64,000 nucleotides of DNA from Spirochaetia bacterium (GTDB taxonomy: Bacteria; Spirochaetota; Spirochaetia; DSM-2461): positions 1,248,001-1,312,000 of the forward strand of contig OY764216.1 in the NCBI GenBank assembly GCA_963668315.1. The letters are read 5' to 3'. Below, piece after piece: positions 10,372 to 19,108 of the stretch. Within the stretch, counting starts at the first letter, position 1; each line of letters opens with the position of its first letter. Under the pieces are notes generated by a model that was given only the letters and a program-made list of their open reading frames with translations, ran no database searches and was not told where the DNA came from. A program made the translations under genes and the position numbers.

Positions 10372-10417
10372 ATGAATGATTCATTCATATCATATGGCAT
10401 GGGAAACAAAAGGTCAA
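10372..10417 (-). promoter_or_regulatory. sigma70 promoter (TTGACC-N17-TATGAT) with adjacent perfect palindrome ATGAATGA-T-TCATTCAT
   Basis: Read on minus strand: -35 at 10412-10417, -10 at 10389-10394, palindrome 10372-10388. Confidence 0.75.
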
Positions 10418-10613
10418 CTGGGCAGCCTCAATAAGAGGCTTTTCTTTCAATCCCCGATCTTGGCTTGGAATTGAGTCGGCGGATCTCCCGGTACCCGCTT
10501 GAACGCCCGGGAAAAATGGAACTGGCAGGGAGTCCTGGATAGTAGGCTGGAACCCTGTCGGACTCTTATCTGAGGGATATGAAAACAGGGACGTCAGCCA
10601 GATGGCAGACCAT

Positions 10614-10645
10614 AAAAAAAGCGGCACCGATGTCTTCCGTGCCGC
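10614..10645 (-). terminator. Intrinsic terminator of pot operon
   Basis: GCGGCAC/GTGCCGC stem with a T7 tract on the minus strand. Confidence 0.75.
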
Positions 10646-10668
10646 TTGTCTTTCTATGGCTGTGACGA

Positions 10669-11721
10669 CTACTTAACCTGGGCGTCCTTCACTTCTTCCC
10701 ACATTCTGCTGTAGAGGGCGTTGGCCTCGCCCGGATCGCGATACACTTCGGCCGTGGCGATGGTCTCTTCGGGGATGAAGATGGCCGGGTCGTTCAGAAC
10801 CGATTCGTCGAGCAGAGCGTAGGAGGGCTTCACCGGGGCCAGGTAGCAGATGAAGGCGGTGTTTTTGGCCGCTTCTTCAGCACCGAGCATGAAATTGATG
10901 AACTTGTAAGCCGCTTCAGGATGGGGGGCGCTTTTGGGAATGACCATGCACTCAACATTCAGGGCAACCCCCTCTTTGGGGAGCATGTACTTCACGTCGT
11001 CGTTTTCCTGCTGGGCCTGAAGCACTACGCCGGAATAGCCGTGGGAGACGGAGAATTCCCGGCTGGCAAGACCGTTCTTGTAGAGCTCGCTGTCCCATTT
11101 GGCCAGGTTCTTCTTCCAGGCGATCAGCTGATCCCGGGCCTGGGCCAGTTCCTTCTCATCGGTGGAATTGAGGGAGTGGCCGCCGTACTTCAGAGCGGCG
11201 CCCATGGCTTCGCGCATGTCGTTGAGCATGGTCATCCGTCCGGCGAATCGGCTGTCTCCGAATATGTCCCAGGAAATCTCGTCCAGATCGCCCAGCTGGG
11301 ACTTGAGGATGCCGATGCCCGTGGTGCTTACCGTATAGAGGACGCTGTACTGGCTCTTGTTGTCCAGGGCCAGCTTGACGAATTCCGGGTCCAGATTGGA
11401 CAGGTTGGGAATCTTGGAGTGGTCCAGATCGGTGAGCATGCCGCTCGAATGCATGATCTCTACCATGTAGGCGCTGGGAATGATGATGTCGTATCCATCG
11501 GCTCCGGCCTGCATTTTCGCGAACATGGTCTCGTTCGTGTCGAAGTAATCGGTCACGACCTGGATACCCGTCTCCTCGGTGAACTGAGTCAGAAGACTGT
11601 CATCCAGGAAATCGCACCAGTTGTACAGAAAAAGAGTTTCCTTCTCCTTGGAGGAACATCCGGTAAAAAACAGGGGAACAGTCACAGCAAGAACTGCACA
11701 CCAGATTACGTATCTTTTCAT
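10669..11721 (-). CDS. potD: Spermidine/putrescine ABC substrate-binding lipoprotein
   Basis: Start MKRYVIWC at 11721 overlapping potC stop; lipobox FFTGC; LYNWCDF, FDTNETMFAK, GYDIIIPSAYMV motifs. Confidence 0.92.
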   Translation of the reverse strand: MKRYVIWCAVLAVTVPLFFTGCSSKEKETLFLYNWCDFLDDSLLTQFTEETGIQVVTDYFDTNETMFAKMQAGADGYDIIIPSAYMVEIMHSSGMLTDLDHSKIPNLSNLDPEFVKLALDNKSQYSVLYTVSTTGIGILKSQLGDLDEISWDIFGDSRFAGRMTMLNDMREAMGAALKYGGHSLNSTDEKELAQARDQLIAWKKNLAKWDSELYKNGLASREFSVSHGYSGVVLQAQQENDDVKYMLPKEGVALNVECMVIPKSAPHPEAAYKFINFMLGAEEAAKNTAFICYLAPVKPSYALLDESVLNDPAIFIPEETIATAEVYRDPGEANALYSRMWEEVKDAQVK

Positions 11722-12491
11722 TTCATAGATCTCCTTGAAAAGCGTTGATAAATCAGCAGTAACGTGAACGTTACGGAAATGAGTATGGTAGAGAGGGCGT
11801 TGATCACCGGAGGGGTTCCGAAGCGGATCATGCTGTAGATCTGGACGGGCAGAGTGGAGGAGCCGGGTCCGGAAATAAAGAAGGTGATCACGAAGTCGTC
11901 CAGGGAGAGAGTCATGGCCAGCATGGCCCCCGAAAGGATGCCCGGAGCCAGCAGGGGCAGATAAATCCGGTGAAAGGTATCCCATATCCCGGCGCCCAGG
12001 TCCTGGGCCGCCTCGACCACGGCGTAGTCGAAGTTCTGAAACTGGGCCCGCACGGTGGAGGCCACATAACTCATGGTAAAGGTCACGTGCCCCAGAATGA
12101 TGGTGAAAAGGCCCAGCGGTATCTTCAGGGTGATGAAAAAGAGGAGCAAGCCTATTCCCATGAGAATATCCGGCATCATAAGGGGAAGCCTCAACAGGGC
12201 GGCATGGGCTTTCTGCAGGCGTGACTCGTACCGGGCTATGACCACTCCCGCCAGTGAACCCAGGATCGTGGAGATCGCGACGGAGCTGAAGGTGACGATG
12301 ACCGTATTGGTAAAGGACCGGGCGATGCTCCGGTCATGGAAGAGCTTTGTGTACCACTTGAGGGAGAACCCCTCCCAGACGGCCGAGAAACGGGACGCAT
12401 TGAAGGAGTTTATCACCAGAATTATCAGAGGGATATAGAGAAAGACGAAGGTGGCGTAGAGAATGACCTTGGGAAGACCGGGTTTTTTCAC
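11718..12491 (-). CDS. potC: Spermidine/putrescine ABC permease
   Basis: FLYIPL..SFN, GFSLKWY, EAAQDLGA, SLDDFVITFF. Confidence 0.93.
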   Translation of the reverse strand: MKKPGLPKVILYATFVFLYIPLIILVINSFNASRFSAVWEGFSLKWYTKLFHDRSIARSFTNTVIVTFSSVAISTILGSLAGVVIARYESRLQKAHAALLRLPLMMPDILMGIGLLLFFITLKIPLGLFTIILGHVTFTMSYVASTVRAQFQNFDYAVVEAAQDLGAGIWDTFHRIYLPLLAPGILSGAMLAMTLSLDDFVITFFISGPGSSTLPVQIYSMIRFGTPPVINALSTILISVTFTLLLIYQRFSRRSMK

Positions 12492-13336
12492 AGGAGTTCC
12501 ACCTCTTTCTTGTTCCCCGCCCGGTGGAAGAGGGAGATGACCGTGGGGAGGAGAATGAACATGAGCAGGATGGAGGAGAGGGCCGCCGCTTTGGGCAGGT
12601 TCCGGTCTATGAAAACCCGGTGGGCTATTTTATTTCCCAGCATTTCGCTGGTAGGGCCGCCCACGATTTCCGGTATGACATAGCTGCCCAGGGCGGGGAT
12701 GAAAACGATAAGCACCGCATTGACTATGCCCGCTTTGATGCCGGGCAGGTAGATCCGGAATATCTGCTGCCACATGCCGGCTCCCAGATCCCGGCCCGCT
12801 TCCAGAAGGGCAAAATCGAACTTGGCTGCGGCGCTGTAGAGGGGAAGCACGGCGAAGGGAAGGTAGGCGTAGACGAGGACCAGCAGGACCGATCCTTCCC
12901 TATAGAGCAGAGTGGCGTCGGGTGCCACGATCCCCAGGAACACCAGGGCCGTTTTGAGAAATCCGTCGGGATGAAGGATGACCTTCCAGGCGTAGATGCG
13001 GATAAGAAAATTCGTCCAGAAGGGGAGAATCAGCAGAAGAATGCATTTCTGCTGGCCCTTCCAGTCCATGCGGGCCATGGCGTAGGAGGAAGGCAGCCCG
13101 ACAAGGAGGCAGATGAGAGTCGTCAGAACACTCAGGCGCAGGGTGCGGTAGATAACGGGGCCGTAGGAGACCAGATTCAGTTCTGCATAGGCCTTGAGAG
13201 TCCAGGTTTTCACTATCTCCCCATAGACATCCACCGCCTTGAAGCTGATAAGCGCGATCAGCAGGGAGGGAATGAGGAAGAGAATTATCATCCAGAGAAG
13301 AGAGGGCAGGGTAATGAAAGCTTCCCTGCTCTTCAT
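12488..13336 (-). CDS. potB: Spermidine/putrescine ABC permease
   Basis: LPFWTNFLIRIYAW, YAYLPFAVLPLY, LEAGRDLGA. Confidence 0.93.
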   Translation of the reverse strand: MKSREAFITLPSLLWMIILFLIPSLLIALISFKAVDVYGEIVKTWTLKAYAELNLVSYGPVIYRTLRLSVLTTLICLLVGLPSSYAMARMDWKGQQKCILLLILPFWTNFLIRIYAWKVILHPDGFLKTALVFLGIVAPDATLLYREGSVLLVLVYAYLPFAVLPLYSAAAKFDFALLEAGRDLGAGMWQQIFRIYLPGIKAGIVNAVLIVFIPALGSYVIPEIVGGPTSEMLGNKIAHRVFIDRNLPKAAALSSILLMFILLPTVISLFHRAGNKKEVELL

Positions 13337-14517
13337 TCCTCCGCCTCCGGTTCGCTGTCCTCTTCGATCTCCACATCGGGATTGGTCAGCAGCGCTTCGT
13401 CAATCTCCCGGTATTTATGGAGCATGAAACCGTCGTCTCCGTGCCAGGAGAGCCAGATCCTATCCTCCTTGGCCACGGATTTTTCATCTTCCATGAAGTG
13501 GGTATGGGAATCGGCCGCCATCAGAAGCCACTCTCCGCAGCGGACCCAGTACTTGGTCTGATGACCCAGATAAACCAGATCCTCCACCGTGCCCTGTACC
13601 ACATTCAGTTTATCTTCTCTGGCCACTTCGGTGCGGGATATGAGAATCTTCTCGGGCCGGACCGAAAGATAGACCAGGTCCTTCTCTTCCCGGGGCTGAT
13701 CGTTGTAGCACCAGATGTCGGGAAGACCGTTGATCTCCAGGAGGGAGTGCTTTCCGTCTTCCGTCCGGGATTTAACGGTTCCTTCCAGAAAGTTCGTGTC
13801 TCCGATAAAGGCGGCGGTAAAGCTGGATTTGGGACTCTCGTAGATCTGTATGGGTGTTCCGACCTGTTCTATCTTACCACCGTTCATGACGGCGATATGG
13901 TCGGAGAGGCTCATAGCCTCCCCCTGGTCGTGGGTGACGTAAAGGAAGGTGATGCCCACCTCGTCGTGGATATTGTCCAGTTCGATAAGCATTTTCTGGC
14001 GGAGCTTCAGATCCAGGGCGGCCAGAGGTTCGTCGAGGAGGAGAAGCAGCGGCTTATTGATAACCGCCCGGGCGATAGCCACCCTCTGCTTCTGACCCCC
14101 GGACAGCTCGGCCGGAATCTTATCGGCCTGATCGGCTATCTGGAAGAGGTCCAGCACCCGGTCAACTTCCCTTTCTATGGTTTTCTTATCAGTCCGGGAT
14201 ACGGTGAGGCTGAAGGCGATATTTTTCCTCACCGTCATATGGGGAAAGAGGGCGTAATTCTGAAAGACCGTGTTTACGGGGCGCTTGGTCGCAGGGAGCG
14301 ATGTGATATCCCGACCATTCAGGATCACTTTTCCCTTATCGGGCGTTTCAAGGCCGGCGCAGATACGCAGAAGAGTCGTCTTGCCGCAGCCGGACGGACC
14401 AAGGAGGCTGAAGACTTCTCCCTGGTTTACGGTTAAATTCAAATCATTAACAACGGGAACATCTCCGAACGATTTGGAGATTCCCTCAAAAACCAGAAAG
14501 TCTTTCAACGGCGACAA
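13333..14517 (-). CDS. potA: Spermidine/putrescine ABC ATP-binding protein
   Basis: Walker A GPSGCGKT; RPVNTVFQNYALFPHM; LSGGQKQR; LDEPLAALDLKLR; TOBE tail. Confidence 0.95.
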   Translation of the reverse strand: MSPLKDFLVFEGISKSFGDVPVVNDLNLTVNQGEVFSLLGPSGCGKTTLLRICAGLETPDKGKVILNGRDITSLPATKRPVNTVFQNYALFPHMTVRKNIAFSLTVSRTDKKTIEREVDRVLDLFQIADQADKIPAELSGGQKQRVAIARAVINKPLLLLLDEPLAALDLKLRQKMLIELDNIHDEVGITFLYVTHDQGEAMSLSDHIAVMNGGKIEQVGTPIQIYESPKSSFTAAFIGDTNFLEGTVKSRTEDGKHSLLEINGLPDIWCYNDQPREEKDLVYLSVRPEKILISRTEVAREDKLNVVQGTVEDLVYLGHQTKYWVRCGEWLLMAADSHTHFMEDEKSVAKEDRIWLSWHGDDGFMLHKYREIDEALLTNPDVEIEEDSEPEAEE

Positions 14518-14718
14518 TCCTCGATTTCCTATTAAACTGTTAGTTGCATATTAAGCATATCTGACCGGATATATCAATATTTTTTCTGCCCGTTTTTTCT
14601 TTTTTTTTACCCCTCTTTTTTTTCTGCGGGGATCTTTCTTTTAGGGAAGAATTTAATAATGGCTGCAGGGGTAATAAAGGGTAGATGTTTATTTAATAGA
14701 CGTGTGATTCCGGGGTCG

Positions 14719-15474
14719 TCATTCATGGAGATTCAGGCTCATTATCCGGTCATAGGTCCCATCGGCGATGATGGCCCTGAGTCCCCGGTTGAAATCGGCT
14801 CTTCTCTCATGGGAACCGGCTATGTCCCTGGGAAAACAGTTGTAATATTCGAACTCCGCCAGAGGTTTCTCCAGGGCGACGATTTCGCCCCTGTATTCGG
14901 GATATTTCCTGTTGATTTTATCGATGACGGAGAACTTCAGCCCCACGAACATATCTATGCGTCCGGCGATAAGCTGAGCTATGCTCTGGTCCCATTCCGT
15001 CACATTCAGTATCTCAAATTCCACGCCCTCCAGGGCGGGGGGAATCCAGCCTCCCCGGATATAGCCTATCCTGTATTTCATGAAATCATCTGTGTCCAGG
15101 GGAATCCCGCTGTTTTTCAAGGTGAACATAAGCATCTGTGTTTTCCCTACCAGGTCGGAGTAGAGCAGTTTCTCCGCCCTGGCATCTGTATAGGTGGCGC
15201 CCAGAAGGGCATCGGATGTACCGGTCAGCGCGCTGTTCAGGGCACGGACCCACGGCATATACCGGGTATTTACGGAGTATCCCACCCTTTTAAAGGCTTC
15301 TACCGTTATCTCTTCTATAAAACCGCCCTCCTTTATCGGGTCGGACACAAAGGATATTGTTTTCGGTGAATCTTGCGCATCGCAGATGTAGGAGGGTAAG
15401 AGCAGAAAAAGCAGGAGACACAAAAAAGGATTTATTCTTCCTGTATTCTGTATTGAAATCTCACCGCTTTTCAA
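14719..15474 (-). CDS. Substrate-binding periplasmic protein (family 3-like), orphan
   Basis: Signal-like N-terminus; MPWVRAL, LIAGRIDMF, FNRGLRAIIADGTYDRI motifs; start uncertain. Confidence 0.8.
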   Translation of the reverse strand: MKSGEISIQNTGRINPFLCLLLFLLLPSYICDAQDSPKTISFVSDPIKEGGFIEEITVEAFKRVGYSVNTRYMPWVRALNSALTGTSDALLGATYTDARAEKLLYSDLVGKTQMLMFTLKNSGIPLDTDDFMKYRIGYIRGGWIPPALEGVEFEILNVTEWDQSIAQLIAGRIDMFVGLKFSVIDKINRKYPEYRGEIVALEKPLAEFEYYNCFPRDIAGSHERRADFNRGLRAIIADGTYDRIMSLNLHE

Positions 15475-15613
15475 TTTTCTTTCCTGCCATCCATCTCGGG
15501 TTTATCCCGGGGAGCTACTTCTTATTATAATGCAACAATGGGGCAAATGAAAATGAAAACCATCCATTCCGGGAAAGCTTTCCTGTTTCGCAAGGCGATT
15601 GTGAGGCCTTTCC

Positions 15614-17158
15614 TCAAAAAAACTCCACACGGTTTCTGCCCGCTTTCTTGGCCTTGTATAAAGCTGAATCAGCCTGGTGAATCAGAGATTCGAGGTTTGT
15701 ATCTCCCCGGCCGGAATAGCAGCTTAACCCGATGCTGACACTGACCGGTATTTTTTGCCCGTCAAACAGGATTTCCTCGTCAATTACCGATTTTCTGTAT
15801 CTTTCTGCCGTGGAATAGGCGCATTTACTGCTTGAATGGTGAAGCATAATGATGAACTCCTCTCCGCCATATCGCCCGAGTATATCGCCTTCTCTGAGGT
15901 TTCTTTGAAAGACAGCCGCCGTACGTCTGAGGGTTTCATCCCCGCAGGGATGCCCATATGTGTCATTTATTTTTTTGAAAAAATCGAGATCGATCATCAT
16001 CACGGACAAGGGCGTGGCATTTCTTTTGCTTCTGGCGATCTCCTGGGAGCAAAGATCCATGAGATTTCTTCTGTTATTGACTCCCGTGAGCTCATCGGTT
16101 GTGGCGATCTGGTTTAATTTCGTGATAAGGAGCTGTTCGGCGGTATTATCATTTAGTATCACTAATTTCCCAAGGAGCTTTTCTGATGAATTCAGCATCG
16201 GTTCTACTCTGCTTCGGTAATATTTCGCATCTGGGCCATAGCCCTTTTTAATGTCGCAGCAATTTGGATTATTGCCGCGTATCTGATCCCTCAGTACCCC
16301 ATATTCGGCAAACAGACGGTCAGAACTCTCTCCTATCGGTTTATCTCCGTAAAGACCTAAAAAAACGCGTGCCGACTTGTTCAGATCGGCAAGTCTGTAT
16401 TCATCATCAAACACCATGACAGGGTCACTCATAATGTCAAAGATTCTGCTTCTGGCTACAGGGGTAAGATCGAACATTTGATACCGGAATATTGCGAGAG
16501 CAAAAAGAATACCCGTCGCCGAGAGGAAGAGAGGTGTCAGGTCAAGCCCAAAGGGGCTTCTTCCTACCGTGTAGATGATATTGCCGCTCCAGGGGATCAG
16601 GGAAGCGACGAACGCTATTATCGCCTGATCCCTGTGTTTTCCCGATGTAAATATCATGAGTCTTCCGAACAGAAGACTTCCTGCCAGAAGCATCAGATTG
16701 GAATATATTAACTGAACATAGTACCAGATTCCCTTATCAAAACGTATCAGAGTAAAGGGAGCGACAGTTTCCAATCTCGGATTGATATAGTAAAGGGCGT
16801 TATGTTCTGCTGTCATAACGAGAATCTGGGATATTAATGGAACAATGAGAAAGGGAAGATAGTGCGTGAATCTGGTCAAATTAATATACCCGCTGTATGC
16901 TGCGGCTAAAAAAAACCAGAATGCCGGAATATAGGCTATTGTTAAATACTGAACTTTAAGTGCCATCATAATTCCCTGAAGGGTACTATTGTAAAGTTCA
17001 AATGCGTATCCCAGGGAGTATCCGCAAACAGATATCATCATCAGAAAGAAAAAGAAGGAACCTTTTACCTTTGTTTTTTTTATCGAAATTATGGATAGAA
17101 ACAGTGTGATCAGTCCTGAAATGATAAGTATCAGTATGATGGAATTTTTGGCATTCAT
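15614..17158 (-). CDS. Diguanylate cyclase with N-terminal HisKA_7TM and PAS-like domain
   Basis: Likely start MNAKNSII at 17158; hydrophobic N-terminus; TDELTGVNNRR, MIDLDFFKKINDTYGH, RYGGEEF with RxxD I-site. Confidence 0.9.
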   Translation of the reverse strand: MNAKNSIILILIISGLITLFLSIISIKKTKVKGSFFFFLMMISVCGYSLGYAFELYNSTLQGIMMALKVQYLTIAYIPAFWFFLAAAYSGYINLTRFTHYLPFLIVPLISQILVMTAEHNALYYINPRLETVAPFTLIRFDKGIWYYVQLIYSNLMLLAGSLLFGRLMIFTSGKHRDQAIIAFVASLIPWSGNIIYTVGRSPFGLDLTPLFLSATGILFALAIFRYQMFDLTPVARSRIFDIMSDPVMVFDDEYRLADLNKSARVFLGLYGDKPIGESSDRLFAEYGVLRDQIRGNNPNCCDIKKGYGPDAKYYRSRVEPMLNSSEKLLGKLVILNDNTAEQLLITKLNQIATTDELTGVNNRRNLMDLCSQEIARSKRNATPLSVMMIDLDFFKKINDTYGHPCGDETLRRTAAVFQRNLREGDILGRYGGEEFIIMLHHSSSKCAYSTAERYRKSVIDEEILFDGQKIPVSVSIGLSCYSGRGDTNLESLIHQADSALYKAKKAGRNRVEFF

Positions 17159-17470
17159 GCTTATTGAGCTCCCTTCTGTCAATACTGCGATAAGCCACGT
17201 CCAAATCCGGCTCATCGGAAAATATACCATTTGAGTCTGAAAACTCCTAGAGAGCCAAATCTCAAGTATAATAAAAATCTGATTATCATGATAAGGAATG
17301 GCATCTTCCTGCAAGGGAAGGGTATTTTGTTTTATTGCAGGATATTGCTGTAAATAGAAATCTCGAAGGGAATATTTATTGGAGGACGTTCTCTGCCTTG
17401 GAGCGCCAGGACGGCGGCGTTTATAATAAAACACTCATCCAAAGCATAAAAAGCAGAATCGATTGCAGAT

Positions 17471-17498
17471 TATGACAGGAAAAATACAAAATATGACA
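17471..17498 (+). promoter_or_regulatory. Direct repeat TATGACA with 21-bp period (candidate LytTR site)
   Basis: TATGACA at 17471 and 17492, about 100 bp upstream of the GH3 start. Confidence 0.5.
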
Positions 17499-17761
17499 AA
17501 TAGGAACATTCTGCCCTCAATATCTTGTATCACAAGTGAGTCTTTCAAGCTGTAGCAGATCGTTATTAATAAAAGATGTCATAGAGGTATTATGAAAAAA
17601 GAAAAGTACTTGATGAGTAATAAGAAGTTTTCACTAATGTGGATTTCTATATCGGTCATTCTTGTGGGGCTTGTCGTCGCGGCTACCATTGTTATGAACT
17701 TTTATAAAGTGTCCATGGACAACTATCTGGGGATGGGAAAGAAAGTCATCCATCAGTTGGA

Positions 17762-19108
17762 GATAGCGTACAATCAAGTTCGCAATTTTAATTATTGAAA
17801 GAAGCCATCGAATTCTCCAGAATGGTAATGCACTACTAAAACCACAAGGAGAAAAACGATGGCTAAGGAAAATGATAATGGGAATCTGGAAAAAATGCTA
17901 CTCCAATTCATATCGGAGCCGGATCCCATTTTCAGCTTATTGCAATGGCTACTGGAAAAGCTTATGGAAATAGAAGCGGCGAATAAAGTAGGAGCTCAAA
18001 AGGGGTCTCATTCTATGGGAAGATCCACCCATTTTTCTGGATATCGACCACGCCGATTTGATACTCGTCTTGGAACACTGTATCTCCTTGTCCCCAAGCT
18101 CAGAAAAGGCGGATATATTCCCTTCTTTGTAACAGAAAAGAAGAGATCCGAGCAAGCTCTGATTCAGGTTGTCCAGGAAGCATTTATCAACGGTGTTTCA
18201 ACCAGAAAGATTGAGAAATTGGCTATGAGTCTGGGCATTGAAAATATTTCAGCCAGCCAGGTCTCTGAAATCAATAAGGGACTTGATGAACAGGTAGATG
18301 AATTCCGCTATCGATCTCTTGATTCAGAATATCCTGTCATCTGGGTTGATGCCCTCTATGAAAAGATCCGGTATAACGGAAGAGTGAGAAATATGGCTGT
18401 GATGGTTGTATCTGGTGTTAATTCACAAGGATTCAAAGAAATCCTTGCTGTTGAACCAATGCAGGAAGAATCAGAAAGCACTTATACCGAACTGTTCAGG
18501 TCTCTTAAAGCAAGAGGATTTAAAAATGCCTGGCTCTGTGTCTCTGATGCCCATCTGGGACTTCAAGCCGCCATAAGAAAGGAACTCATCGGTTGCTCCT
18601 GGCAACGCTGTAAAATTCATTTTATGAGGAACATCCTGTCCCATCTTCCTGCCAGGGATAAAGAAGCTGTTGCCGGCAGAATTAAGCAGATTTGGAATCA
18701 ACCGAACTCCCAATCGGCCCGTGAATATGCATACCGAATTATAGAGGAATTTGAAGAACAATTTCCGAAGTCCATGACTTGTCTTGAAGACGGATTAGAA
18801 GACTCTCTTCAGTATTATGAATTCTCAGAAATAGACAGCCGGAAAACTGCTTCTACCAATCAACTGGAACGATTGAATCGGGAAATCCGTAGACGATCTC
18901 GTGTTGTGGGAATCTTTCCCAGTATTGACTCCTACCTTAGACTAGTCTGTTGTTACCTGATTGAATACTCAGAAGACTGGGCTTCGGGAAAACGGTATAT
19001 CAGTGAAAAATCGATAGATGAACAAAGAATTAAATTAGGTCAGGCTGCCTGATGGGGAATTTTGATGGCTTCTTGAAAGGAAAGTTGCGAACATGTCTGG
19101 ACACTATC
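17762..19108 (+). mobile_element. IS256-family insertion sequence, 1347 bp
   Basis: 28-bp terminal IRs (22/28 match: GATAGCGTACAATCAAGTTCGCAATTTT vs GATAGTGTCCAGACATGTTCGCAACTTT); 9-bp direct repeat TCAGTTGGA at 17753-17761 and 19109-19117. Confidence 0.96.
17859..19052 (+). CDS. IS256-family (Mutator-like) DDE transposase
   Basis: GYRPRRFDTRLG, VPKLRKG, GVSTRK, WVDALYEK, VSDAHLGL, WQRCKIHFMRN, STNQLERLNREIRRR. Confidence 0.97.
   Translation: MAKENDNGNLEKMLLQFISEPDPIFSLLQWLLEKLMEIEAANKVGAQKGSHSMGRSTHFSGYRPRRFDTRLGTLYLLVPKLRKGGYIPFFVTEKKRSEQALIQVVQEAFINGVSTRKIEKLAMSLGIENISASQVSEINKGLDEQVDEFRYRSLDSEYPVIWVDALYEKIRYNGRVRNMAVMVVSGVNSQGFKEILAVEPMQEESESTYTELFRSLKARGFKNAWLCVSDAHLGLQAAIRKELIGCSWQRCKIHFMRNILSHLPARDKEAVAGRIKQIWNQPNSQSAREYAYRIIEEFEEQFPKSMTCLEDGLEDSLQYYEFSEIDSRKTASTNQLERLNREIRRRSRVVGIFPSIDSYLRLVCCYLIEYSEDWASGKRYISEKSIDEQRIKLGQAA

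Noticed and set aside
11722..11985. Extended N-terminus of potD in the ORF track
   Set aside because: Lies inside potC; the signal peptide and AAGGAG RBS place the start at 11721
14580..14643. Long T-tracts upstream of potA as a phase-variable repeat
   Set aside because: Interrupted tracts outside coding sequence; more simply A-rich UP or bending elements
17159..17434. Extended N-terminus of the diguanylate cyclase
   Set aside because: Non-homologous, AT-rich intergenic-like sequence; RBS supports ATG at 17158
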